Shown: positions 7,403 through 15,956 of the stretch, in pieces
Layout of the letters: every line of letters starts with the position of its first letter
How positions within the stretch are numbered: the first letter of the stretch is position 1
Source: Candidatus Peribacteraceae bacterium
Lineage (GTDB): Bacteria > Patescibacteriota > Gracilibacteria > Peribacterales > Peribacteraceae
DNA length: 33,411 nucleotides
Reading direction: 5' to 3'
Assembly (NCBI GenBank): GCA_035290085.1
Contig: DATDVK010000110.1
Coordinates: 1-33,411, forward strand
The notes under the pieces: generated by a model
What the model was told of the DNA's origin: nothing
What the model saw: only the letters and a program-made list of their open reading frames with translations
Databases searched by the model: none
Translations under genes and position numbers: made by a program

Positions 7403-7442
7403 GAAGCCTAAAATGTCTACTCGATAAGTATCGCATTTCCCC

Positions 7443-8342
7443 TCATGAGTTTTTCCACCGTCTCCTCGGGGAGAGCTCCTCCCGGTTCTCCTGTGGCTCC
7501 TCGGGTGGAGGAGGATTCTCAAACAATTGCTGGAGCCTGTGTGCTTCCCTGAGGAGGTCTGTACAGGTCTGCAGGTGTGCCAGGGATTTCCCCAGAGCGG
7601 CATTGGCATCCTCGAATCCTTCTATGGTGCTCAGTCCCATCAGCTGGGTTTCTCCTTCCTCAAAGCAGGTGAATGCTTCAGAGGTTTTCTCGAACGCTTC
7701 CGGTCCGAGTTCCGTGTTCTGTGTTATGAGGAAGAGCTGGTGCAGGAGGTGTGCCACCCACGTGAGGGAGCGGTCAGCTTCTACACGGAGCTCTGCGAGG
7801 AGGGCGGGAACTCTGTAGGCACTATGAAGGTTTTTCTTCGCTTCTATGAGATCTTCTCTGCTCGTGAAGACGTCATTTTCCACTCCCTTGAGCAGCGCGT
7901 CGAGCGCCGAGAGGAATGCATCCTCTGCGAGGAGCGCCTGATCCCGCAGCACGCTTGATATGCCGGGGATACTCTCCATGTACTGGCGCTTCTTCTCGTG
8001 CAGTTCGCGGTCCAGCACCAGTTCTCTCTGGTGGCAGTGGAGGAGCGTGGAGAACTGCGCGTCGCGGTTCGCTCGCCGCAGATCCTCCCGGCACCTCTCA
8101 CGGTTCGCCAGAAGATCCTCTGTGTTTTTTTTCTGGAAGCTGTAGAACAATTCCACACCTCTGCGTGTCTGCAGCATGATGATGCGGAAACCTTCTGCAC
8201 GGTCGAATCTCCTTTGCCAAACCTCTTCCTCAGCGGTGGGTGGTTCCTGCAGCGCAGGCTCCGCTGTTTCCTGCGCGTACGCTGCAGCTGAGAAGCTGAG
8301 GAAGGTACAGAGGGTAACAGTGGTGAGGTGAAAACGATTCAT
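7443..8342 (-). CDS. Secreted hypothetical helical protein
   Basis: MNRFHLTTVTLCTFLSFSAAAYAQE is a signal peptide (AYA-Q). The ATG at 8342 is preferred to the track GTG at 8363. No family was recognised. Confidence 0.65.
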   Translation of the reverse strand: MNRFHLTTVTLCTFLSFSAAAYAQETAEPALQEPPTAEEEVWQRRFDRAEGFRIIMLQTRRGVELFYSFQKKNTEDLLANRERCREDLRRANRDAQFSTLLHCHQRELVLDRELHEKKRQYMESIPGISSVLRDQALLAEDAFLSALDALLKGVENDVFTSREDLIEAKKNLHSAYRVPALLAELRVEADRSLTWVAHLLHQLFLITQNTELGPEAFEKTSEAFTCFEEGETQLMGLSTIEGFEDANAALGKSLAHLQTCTDLLREAHRLQQLFENPPPPEEPQENREELSPRRRWKNS

Positions 8343-8385
8343 GGAGGAGAAGGGTAGCGGCACTCTACCATAGGATACTTCTGTC

Positions 8386-10458
8386 TCATCTTGTGTCCTT
8401 TACATCATAGTTTCCTTTGAGGATCTCCTTCTCTTTCTCGACGAAATCAAGGACAGTCTCCACGAATGTCGCATGACTCCATGTGAGAGGGGCAACGGAG
8501 AGAGGTTCTCCTGTGAGCGGGTTGAGCTGTTCGGCGAGTACGCCTGCCGGCGATGCGGAGCGGACGACCCAATCGAGCATGGCACGGGCTTTCTCCAGGT
8601 CTGCGATAGTCTGTGCCCGCCGTATGTACCACTGTGCATCCCAGAGTGTGGTAATAATCCACGGGTTTCCGGGTATGTCTTCCCTTGGTTCTGTGACGGA
8701 GTGATAGAGGTCCCCGGGGTATCGCGCGAGTCCTCCTATCGCTGTCCGTACTGTGAGAGCCTCTTCCAGCTGCTGCATGGTGGAGATGGACCGCGGGTCT
8801 TCCGGCGAGAGAACGTCGAGCTTCCAGATCACGGCCATGCTCGCATCGGGTGTGGGGTCTCTGTCCGTTGTCTGCCCGTTCTTCCGCTTGATCTTCTTGA
8901 GAAATCTTCCCAGCTTCTCATCATACAGATGGAAGAGGAGGGCCTGCTTCATTTCGTCTGCTGCGGTCTGGTACCGTTCCGAGTGCGTGTAGTGCCCGAG
9001 GATGTGGCAGATCCGGGCGGCTGCGTGCAGACCGGCGATCGTGCATGCCGTGGTGTATGTGAATACGCCCTTGTGCTCTTCCCATGGGTCGTAGCTCTGG
9101 AGCGGCAGTCCTGTTTCCGGTTCGCGGAAGTCACAGAGGAACTGTGCAGCCTTTTTCACGAGTTCCTCGTACATTTTCTGGAGGAATTCGAAGTCCTTCT
9201 CCCGCTCAAAGTGGTGCCAGAGCGCGTAGAGGACCAGGGCCGTTTCATCTTCCTGAATTGGCAGCTGCGCTTCTCCGTCACGGAACCACGGGTGCCAGGA
9301 GGATCCGTACGAACCATCCGGGTTGTACTTATGCAGCATGTAACCATCCGGCTGCTGAATGCGGCAGCAGAATTCGAAGAAACGCCGAGAAACTTCCATG
9401 AACCCCGCCTTATCGAGTGCGAGAGAAACAAACGCACCATCGCGCGGCCAGACGTATGTGTAGGTATCTTTGTTGAACATCATGATGTCCGCGTCAGCTG
9501 CGGCCATGATTCCTCCGTTGTTGTCGGAGTGCATGCGTATGAGCAGGAGGCTGCGTTTGTAGAGATCAATGATGCCGGGGCTGAGTGAGCCGAATGTTCT
9601 GTGCGTTTTGTTCACCCAGCTCTTCCAGTAGTTGTGGCAGTTGCGCTTCATGCGCTCCGGCGTCTCTTCCAGTATGAACTGCTGCAGCTCCACCACTTCC
9701 TCGAGGTTTTTCCCGAAACAGACCCAGAGGTGCAGCTCAGTTTCTTTCTCCGGTGACACTTCGCAATGGATGGAAACAGTGGAGTCCACGGATCCCTGGT
9801 CGATTGTCGTTCCTGCAAGTTTGCCGTCTTCCGCATCCTTCCAGGTTCCCACATATCCCTGATATTCGGATTTGCCAATGCTGTACTCGTTGATGCCGCA
9901 ACTCTGGATCTTTGTTTTGCTATGGAGGACAGACTTATATGCCTCCACGCTTTTCTCTCTCCGGCATGCAATGGGGTCCGATGTCTGCCCGCCGACCAGA
10001 AAGTACCGTTTCAGGCGGTAGTGGATGACGGTGTTTGTGTATGGCTCGTAGAATGCGGTGTCCTTCTGCTTGTCTCCGTAGATGTGGAAGTCGTGATGGA
10101 AGTAGAATCGCACTTCTTTCTTCTTCCCGTCCGTGCTCACCACCTTGAACTCACGCATGAGGATGTTGTACACCGGGTGCACGTAGTCTTCCGCGGTGAT
10201 CATGAGACCGAGCTTCTTGTTCCTGAGGAGCGAATGCCCGACGAGTGTCTCCGGCTTGTAGTTGGGCTGGATGTCCCAGTCATCGTCTTCAAACCAGGAG
10301 AATCCCAAATCCTCTACCCACACGCCCACGCGGTGCACGTCTCCGTAGGCAGTGTGGTCCTCCATTCCCACGTAGGGGTAGTATAAATCGCGCATTTGAA
10401 GGTTATTGTCGAATGTCGCGAGGAGGGAGCCGTTTCCGAGGATGATGGAGCGCGGCAT
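8386..10458 (-). CDS. Glycoside hydrolase family 15 (glucoamylase/glucodextranase-like)
   Basis: 690 aa. YTYVWPRDGAF motif and C-terminal GVLAEQLNPLTGEPLSVAPLTWSHA, typical of GH15 with an N-terminal beta-sandwich. Confidence 0.88.
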   Translation of the reverse strand: MPRSIILGNGSLLATFDNNLQMRDLYYPYVGMEDHTAYGDVHRVGVWVEDLGFSWFEDDDWDIQPNYKPETLVGHSLLRNKKLGLMITAEDYVHPVYNILMREFKVVSTDGKKKEVRFYFHHDFHIYGDKQKDTAFYEPYTNTVIHYRLKRYFLVGGQTSDPIACRREKSVEAYKSVLHSKTKIQSCGINEYSIGKSEYQGYVGTWKDAEDGKLAGTTIDQGSVDSTVSIHCEVSPEKETELHLWVCFGKNLEEVVELQQFILEETPERMKRNCHNYWKSWVNKTHRTFGSLSPGIIDLYKRSLLLIRMHSDNNGGIMAAADADIMMFNKDTYTYVWPRDGAFVSLALDKAGFMEVSRRFFEFCCRIQQPDGYMLHKYNPDGSYGSSWHPWFRDGEAQLPIQEDETALVLYALWHHFEREKDFEFLQKMYEELVKKAAQFLCDFREPETGLPLQSYDPWEEHKGVFTYTTACTIAGLHAAARICHILGHYTHSERYQTAADEMKQALLFHLYDEKLGRFLKKIKRKNGQTTDRDPTPDASMAVIWKLDVLSPEDPRSISTMQQLEEALTVRTAIGGLARYPGDLYHSVTEPREDIPGNPWIITTLWDAQWYIRRAQTIADLEKARAMLDWVVRSASPAGVLAEQLNPLTGEPLSVAPLTWSHATFVETVLDFVEKEKEILKGNYDVKDTR

Positions 10459-10464
10459 AGGCGG

Positions 10465-11823
10465 TTACAGGTGGAGCCGGGAACGCAAATCGCAGAGCGC
10501 ATGGCTGAAGCGCCGGTAAGCTTCGTATGGCGATTCATACGGACTGAAGTACTTGTGCACGTCTCCGTCGTTCCAGTACTTCGTGCACATGTAGTAGAAG
10601 TGGTCGGAGGTCTGGAGCAGTCGCCAGGCGCGGATGAGCTGTTCATTCCCACTCGCTTTCACTTGCTTCTCCAGTTCGTAGAGCGCCTGCAGTGCAGCCG
10701 ACTGGATCTGGTTTCCGTTCCATGCGGAGAGATCTCTCTCCGTGTCTGCCCAGGAGATGGAGAGGTGTGCGTCGAATGTCTTCTCCTGGAGTTCCAAAGG
10801 GGACTGCACAGTTCCGGGTCTCTTCCAGAGTGCGGAGAGTGCGGCAAGAATGGATGCCGCTTCCTTTTTCAGGTGTTCTTGCTCTGCCGGCTCTCGTGTT
10901 TTCTTCTCCCAGTCGTCGAGGACCTGCGATGGCGTGAGTGCCCGTATACCCCGGTCCTGCCAGAGTTCGGGGAGTTTGCGCAGGAACTCGAATATTCCTG
11001 TGTCTTTCCACTGGTGTTCACCGAACGTTTCATAATCCATGAAGAGGTTGATGTTGTGGCCTCCTGAACCGATGACCCAGTCCGTGAATGTTTCTGCTCT
11101 GAGCGGGAATCCAATCCAGCTTCTGTCTGAGAAGCGGAATGCCACGTCGTCACTCAGTTTGTAGTTCTTTAGAAGGACGAGGATCTTCTTCGGAGGGTAC
11201 ACTCCGGGGAAGAATTGCTTGATGACATTCCAGTATTTGTCTTCCGGGAGGAAGAACTCCGGCGGAGCGTACGGCTCGTTGGGGCTGCGCCCCTGCAGGA
11301 TATGGTCTGCGCCCTCTGCCAGGGTGCCGCGGAATCCCATCATACGGGCAGTGTGGGCGATTTCGTTGTTGAAGATGAGCTCTGTATTGCGGAAGATCTG
11401 TGGTTTCTGTCCGAAGAGTTCCTCTATTTTTCTGACGTGCATGGCCACCTGTTCGCAGAACTCCGGAATGGAGTGGATGGCACTCAGGGAGTGGTAGTAC
11501 GTTTCGGCGAGGAATTCCACTTTCCCGGTTGCTGCGAGCTTCTTGAATGAATCGAACACGTCGTGCCCGTACTCATTGCACTGTTCGAGGAACACGCCTG
11601 AGAGGGAGTAGGAGACATGGAATTCCGGATACTTTTTCAGGAGTTCCAGCATGAGGGCATTTGCCGGGAGGTAGCATTTCTCCGCGACTTTCCGGAACAC
11701 ATCGTGATTCTTCTGCCAGTCGAAGTATTCGCTCCCGTGGCCGATATCTGTGATACGGAGATCCCTGAGCCGGTAGGGTTGATGCACCTGAAAATAAAAG
11801 CAGATATTGGGGGTGGTGTTCAT
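10465..11823 (-). CDS. Glycoside hydrolase family 57 (alpha-amylase/branching-enzyme-type)
   Basis: 452 aa. N-terminal ICFYFQVHQPYR, then MDYETFGEHQW and SDHFYYM motifs. Confidence 0.85.
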   Translation of the reverse strand: MNTTPNICFYFQVHQPYRLRDLRITDIGHGSEYFDWQKNHDVFRKVAEKCYLPANALMLELLKKYPEFHVSYSLSGVFLEQCNEYGHDVFDSFKKLAATGKVEFLAETYYHSLSAIHSIPEFCEQVAMHVRKIEELFGQKPQIFRNTELIFNNEIAHTARMMGFRGTLAEGADHILQGRSPNEPYAPPEFFLPEDKYWNVIKQFFPGVYPPKKILVLLKNYKLSDDVAFRFSDRSWIGFPLRAETFTDWVIGSGGHNINLFMDYETFGEHQWKDTGIFEFLRKLPELWQDRGIRALTPSQVLDDWEKKTREPAEQEHLKKEAASILAALSALWKRPGTVQSPLELQEKTFDAHLSISWADTERDLSAWNGNQIQSAALQALYELEKQVKASGNEQLIRAWRLLQTSDHFYYMCTKYWNDGDVHKYFSPYESPYEAYRRFSHALCDLRSRLHL

Positions 11824-11827
11824 AGAG

Positions 11828-13045
11828 TTAGGAGTGGAGTATCTGTTGGTAGAGGGAGCGCACGGCCATTGCCTGGTGTTCCCAGGTCAGCCGGTCAAGT
11901 ACGCGCGAGGCTTCGGAGCGCAGCTGCCATGCGAGAGGGTCTTCGCGCAGGAGCGTGAGGACGCAGTCGGCCATCTTCGCCGTATCCCAGAAATCCACTT
12001 TGAATGCGTGGCCGATGACTTCACTCACGCCTGACTGCTTGGAGATGATGACGGGAGTTCCCTGCGCTATCGCCTCGAGGGCCACGAGTCCGAACGGTTC
12101 CGAGAGCGAAGGCATGACAAAGCAGTCTGCCTGTGCAAAGAGTACCTGCGCTTCGTCGTTGCTCACTTTCCCCGCGAAGATGATGTTGTTCTTCAGCCCT
12201 AGTTGCAGCGAGTGCTCAATGAGTTCCCCCAGCATGCCGCCGTCCCCTGCGACTACGAACTCAACATCCGGCCGGATACCGTGCACTGCGGAGGCCATTT
12301 CCAGGAATTGGTGCGGGCCCTTCTGCAGGGTCAGGCGTCCGAGGAAGAGCACCATCGGTGGGTGATTTTTCCTGTACTCCGAGTGGATGACTTCCGGATT
12401 GATGTCTCTTGTGATGTTGTTCCCGTTATGGACAACGGTGATTTTCTCCGCAGGGATTCCGTAGTGGGACACGAGGATCTGCTTGGTGTAATTGCTCACA
12501 GCAATGATTTTGTCCGCCTGTTCAAATCCCCACCTCTCCCGCTCGTAGATCCACTGGTTCGGGCTGAAGTGCGTGCGGTCAAGCTCTGTGGCGTGGATGT
12601 GTGCGACCAGGGGTTTGCGGTGGTAGCGCGCTGCCCTCACTCCTGCTTCATACGTCATCCAGTCGTGGCAGTGCACGATGTCCGGGCGGACGTCTTTTGT
12701 CATTTCCACGCTTGCTGCCGAGTAGTTGGCTATTGCTTGCCCCAGATCTTCCCCGTAGATTTGCTGCCGCTCTCTCGGTACGCTCTTCACTCTCTGGTAG
12801 TACTGCTGGGCGCTGTCGTACGGAGAAAGCATGCTTGCAATATGCATGTGTTCGAGCATCTCTTCCGTCGGGTAGAGAATATCCAAGTCTCCTTCCCGAT
12901 CGGCATCCGGGTGGGGGAGCACGAGTGTCACTTTTACGCCGTTCTTCATCAGTCCGCGCACGAGTCCTTGGCAGGCAACACCCAATCCGCCGAGATGAAT
13001 GGGGGGGTATTCCCAGCCGAACATGAGTGTATGCAAACGAGACAT
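11828..13045 (-). CDS. GT-B glycosyltransferase, glycogen/alpha-glucan synthase-like (GT4/GT5)
   Basis: 405 aa. N-terminal PIHLGGLGVA loop, C-terminal PSLSEPFGLVALEA motif, and 4 nt from the GH57 gene. Confidence 0.8.
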   Translation of the reverse strand: MSRLHTLMFGWEYPPIHLGGLGVACQGLVRGLMKNGVKVTLVLPHPDADREGDLDILYPTEEMLEHMHIASMLSPYDSAQQYYQRVKSVPRERQQIYGEDLGQAIANYSAASVEMTKDVRPDIVHCHDWMTYEAGVRAARYHRKPLVAHIHATELDRTHFSPNQWIYERERWGFEQADKIIAVSNYTKQILVSHYGIPAEKITVVHNGNNITRDINPEVIHSEYRKNHPPMVLFLGRLTLQKGPHQFLEMASAVHGIRPDVEFVVAGDGGMLGELIEHSLQLGLKNNIIFAGKVSNDEAQVLFAQADCFVMPSLSEPFGLVALEAIAQGTPVIISKQSGVSEVIGHAFKVDFWDTAKMADCVLTLLREDPLAWQLRSEASRVLDRLTWEHQAMAVRSLYQQILHS

Positions 13046-13092
13046 GATGGAGTCTGTGTGTGGGTGTTTGTGGGATTTTCTACAATCTTTAG

Positions 13093-13121
13093 ATTATAGC
13101 AGAAAACTGCCATTTTTGGAA
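13093..13121 (-). promoter_or_regulatory. Promoter of the glucan operon: TTCCAA - 17 nt - TATAAT
   Basis: On the minus strand, TATAAT lies at 13098-13093 and TTCCAA at 13121-13116. This leaves a leader of about 47 nt to the ATG at 13045. Confidence 0.45.
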
Positions 13122-13189
13122 TGTGTAATACCGGTTTGGTGCCACCGATCACCAAGCGCCGGTTTCGGCTGAGGGAAGCCGAGAAGATG

Positions 13190-13876
13190 TCACACAAGTA
13201 CGGCGACAGCTTCCTTCCCTTTCGGCGTGAGGCGGATGTGCTTGTTCCTGGCTTCTATGAGTCCTTCCTGCTCAAGCTTCAGCAGCTGTTTCGTCACGGT
13301 TTCCCGCGTGAGGCCCGTGGCGTTGGCAAGTTTTTCGTGCGTCATTTTTGTGGGTATTCTCAGAATAGGCGGGAGGATGCTCCGTTCCTCCTTTTCGCTG
13401 AAGAGGCGCACGGCGGAGAGAATGCGTTCCTGCGCGCCGAGCAAGGAGAGGAACTTCACCTGTGACTCGTACTCAGAAATCCGTTTGCTGAGCAGCCGCA
13501 GTGCCCGGAGAGCCACTTCCGGTTTCTTCCTGAGGAGTTGCACCATAAAATTCTCCGGCAGTGTGCAGATGAATGATCTCTGCGTGGTTTCCGCGTAGTG
13601 TTTTTCACCTGTCATGAAGCCGATGCTCCCGAAAATGGATCCCGGTTTCAGGATGTCGAGCAACACCTTTTTCCCCTCCGGTGTGGTCTGGTAGATGATC
13701 ACTTCTCCCTCTTTGAGAATGTACATGTCTTCCACCTGTTCCTGCGGAGTGTAGAGGATATAGTGATTGGGGAACTCCCCGTGGTTGATTTTCTGTACGA
13801 TCTCATTGATCTCTTCGTCCGACATAGTGGCGAAGAGCTCCACTTTCTTCAGGTACCAGACGGGAGGGCGGTGCAT
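13190..13876 (-). CDS. Crp/Fnr family transcriptional regulator
   Basis: A cNMP-binding barrel (YILKEGEVIIY, GSIFG) plus a C-terminal HTH (THEKLANATGLTRETVTKQLLKLEQEGLI). TACAAT lies 8 nt upstream of the ATG, so a leaderless mRNA is likely. Confidence 0.88.
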   Translation of the reverse strand: MHRPPVWYLKKVELFATMSDEEINEIVQKINHGEFPNHYILYTPQEQVEDMYILKEGEVIIYQTTPEGKKVLLDILKPGSIFGSIGFMTGEKHYAETTQRSFICTLPENFMVQLLRKKPEVALRALRLLSKRISEYESQVKFLSLLGAQERILSAVRLFSEKEERSILPPILRIPTKMTHEKLANATGLTRETVTKQLLKLEQEGLIEARNKHIRLTPKGKEAVAVLV

Positions 13877-13918
13877 GGAATAGACATTGTATCAATGCCT
13901 CTGTGTTCGGCAAGAATT

Positions 13919-14848
13919 CTATGACTGTTCTGTGCCGAGAACGTGTCCTTTGAGTGTTTCCAGTACAACATCGAGATCCTCGTTCACAAGAATGTGATCG
14001 AAGAGCTCGCTCCGCTCCTCGAAGAAGTCGAGATCTCTCTCCGCGTTCTTCATGCGGTCCTGGATGTGGCGTTCGGTGTCCCGCCCGCGGCTGCGCAGGC
14101 GGTGCAGGAGCTGTGAGAGCATGGCTCGCCGGCTCCTGCCCGGGGGGAGGAGGCCGAAGGAGAGAATGGATCTTCTCCCGTAGTAGGCACTGAGTCCCTG
14201 CAGCAGGTGCTGCTCGGTAATGACAACGGGAATTTTCCCCTTGTCCCATATTGCCTGGATATCTTTCTCCTGGTAGCCGTACCAGCGTTTCTCGGAATGT
14301 GAGGGGATCTGTGTAGCTGCAATAATCTTCTGCTCCTTCTGCATGCGTGTGAACTCTATGGTGCTCGTGTGGTTGTACTCGCCTTCATCACCTCTCTTCT
14401 TCCTCCGCGTGGTCACGATGGGAACGTTTTCCACGTAGTCGCCCAGCACCGTTGTGAGGAGCCGGCTGACGGTGGATTTGCCCACGCCGGACGGGCCGTA
14501 CAGCGCGACAATGTACCCCGGGAATTCCAGTTTCTGTTCCACCGCGAGAGGCTGGGAAACAGCAAGTTCATAGACGACATCGTAGATGCGCAGCCCCTGC
14601 GCGTTTGTTCTGATCAGCTGCATGCGCGGCAGGACCTTCTGCCCGATGCGGAGGGTGCAGTTTGCCGGGATGCGCATCTGACCCATGACGCGATTTCCAT
14701 CTTTCAGTTCAATGAGGCCAATGATGAACGGGCCTGCACCAAACCCCTCGGAGGGGTGGTTCACTGTTGTGAAAGAGATGATGGTCCCTTCCTGCATCTT
14801 GCGTTTGCATGCAGTTTTTGCCCTGTAGATGACGGAGGGATTAGACAT
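13919..14848 (-). CDS. Fusion protein: DUF35-like OB-fold domain (no zinc ribbon) + guanylate-kinase-like P-loop kinase
   Basis: The N-terminal region GTIISFTTVNHPSEGFGAGPFIIGLIELKDGNRVMG...IGQKV resembles the DUF35 OB fold. The C-terminal region has GPSGVGKST, VTTRRKKRGDEGEY, WYGY, RLRSRGRDTERHIQDRM and VNEDLD in guanylate-kinase order. The start ATG at 14848 overlaps the thiolase stop (ATGTCTAA). The track start at 14980 lies inside the thiolase gene. Confidence 0.75.
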   Translation of the reverse strand: MSNPSVIYRAKTACKRKMQEGTIISFTTVNHPSEGFGAGPFIIGLIELKDGNRVMGQMRIPANCTLRIGQKVLPRMQLIRTNAQGLRIYDVVYELAVSQPLAVEQKLEFPGYIVALYGPSGVGKSTVSRLLTTVLGDYVENVPIVTTRRKKRGDEGEYNHTSTIEFTRMQKEQKIIAATQIPSHSEKRWYGYQEKDIQAIWDKGKIPVVITEQHLLQGLSAYYGRRSILSFGLLPPGRSRRAMLSQLLHRLRSRGRDTERHIQDRMKNAERDLDFFEERSELFDHILVNEDLDVVLETLKGHVLGTEQS

Positions 14849-15956
14849 GGATATGTTCCAGAATGTGGATACCGCAGCTGGCGCACGCGCCGCCGAAATT
14901 ATGGGAGAGCCCCCAACGGTTGCCTGAGTTCCTGAGTTGCTTGCTGACGTCAATGAGCTGCTTGATGCCGGTGGCAGCAACAGGATGGCCGCACGCCTTC
15001 AATCCTCCGCTCGCGTTGATGGTGGGGACTGGATCTGCCTGCTCATACAGTTCTATGCCTCTCCCCGGTTCCGCAAAACCCAGATCCTCCACATTGATGA
15101 CTGCTGCAATGGAGAAGCAATCGTGTACTTCGATGTGTGAAATGCTGCTCCGGTCGGTGTCTGCTTCCTCCAGTGCCTTCTCCATCGCTTTCTTCGTAGC
15201 AGGGAACGAGGTGATGCTCTCGCGTTCAGTCAGACTTACAGCATCTGAAGCGAGCTGGGAAGCGGCAAGCTTCATATCACTCTCGAATGCTGTCGAGAGG
15301 ATGCAGGCTGCCGCACCATCACTGATGGGGGAGCAGTCGAGCATGCAGAGCGGGTCTGCCACCTTGGGACTCTGAGAGATCTTCTCTGCGGGAATTTCTG
15401 CGCGGAACTGCGCGAAAGGATTCGCCACTGCATTGTGGTGGTGCACTGCGCTCACCGTATTCAGCCGTTCGCGTGTGAGACCGTACTCGAACATGTACCG
15501 CTGTGCGACGAGCCCGAAAATGCCGGGGAACGTGAGGCCACAGGGGGCATCTTTCTCGCTGTCTGCCGCTCCCATGAGCGCAGTGGATACCTCTGCGGGC
15601 GTTACGTCTGTCATCTTTTCCACGCCGAGTACCAGCACTGTTTTCGCACGGCCGCTTTCCAGGAGGGCGCAGGCGGTGTGCAGCGCGACTGCGCCGGATG
15701 CGCATGCGGATTCCACGCGGAGAGCGGGGGGTCTGTGCGGGAGGAGTGACGAAGCTAGCGCACCGAGGTGAGCCTGCGCGTTCGTCCGTTCGGCAATCAT
15801 GTTTGCCACGACGACCGTATCAATATCGAGTGCGGTGCAAGGGGCGTTTTCGAGGGCGTCGTCTATTGCCTCGTACATGAGGTCGCGGATGCCTTTTTCC
15901 CACCACTCTCCGAAGCGGGTCTGTCCTGAGCCGATGAGGAAAACATCCGTGTTCAT
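14841..15956 (-). CDS. Acetyl-CoA acetyltransferase (archaeal-type thiolase)
   Basis: Motifs VESACASG, NASGGLKACGHPVAATG and GGACASCG. The start ATG at 15956 overlaps the HMGCS stop (ATGA). The track N-terminal extension to 16310 overlaps HMGCS. Confidence 0.88.
   Translation of the reverse strand: MNTDVFLIGSGQTRFGEWWEKGIRDLMYEAIDDALENAPCTALDIDTVVVANMIAERTNAQAHLGALASSLLPHRPPALRVESACASGAVALHTACALLESGRAKTVLVLGVEKMTDVTPAEVSTALMGAADSEKDAPCGLTFPGIFGLVAQRYMFEYGLTRERLNTVSAVHHHNAVANPFAQFRAEIPAEKISQSPKVADPLCMLDCSPISDGAAACILSTAFESDMKLAASQLASDAVSLTERESITSFPATKKAMEKALEEADTDRSSISHIEVHDCFSIAAVINVEDLGFAEPGRGIELYEQADPVPTINASGGLKACGHPVAATGIKQLIDVSKQLRNSGNRWGLSHNFGGACASCGIHILEHIHV

Noticed and set aside
8473-9588. 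371-aa plus-strand ORF inside the GH15 gene, and similar ORFs at 9766-10386, 10396-11067, 12203-13099, 16611-17594, 17144-17794, 20235-20834, 21002-21913, 21787-22662, 29054-29842 and 30107-30913
   Set aside because: All of them are fully nested antisense to, or out of frame with, genes that carry strong family motifs. Their compositions (Arg/Val/Cys/His-rich) are typical of shadow ORFs.
13066-13081. CRP-like site TGTGG-N6-CTACA upstream of the glucan operon
   Set aside because: It matches only about 7 of 10 consensus positions and lies downstream of the predicted -10 box. That is too weak to call.
14849-14980. N-terminal extensions of track ORFs (14849-14980, 15957-16310, 20041-20292, 26607-26849)
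   Set aside because: The extensions overlap the 3' ends of the upstream genes and are Arg/Pro/Ser-rich. In each case family-typical N-termini begin at an internal ATG that overlaps the upstream stop codon, or at a signal peptide in the case of 26606.
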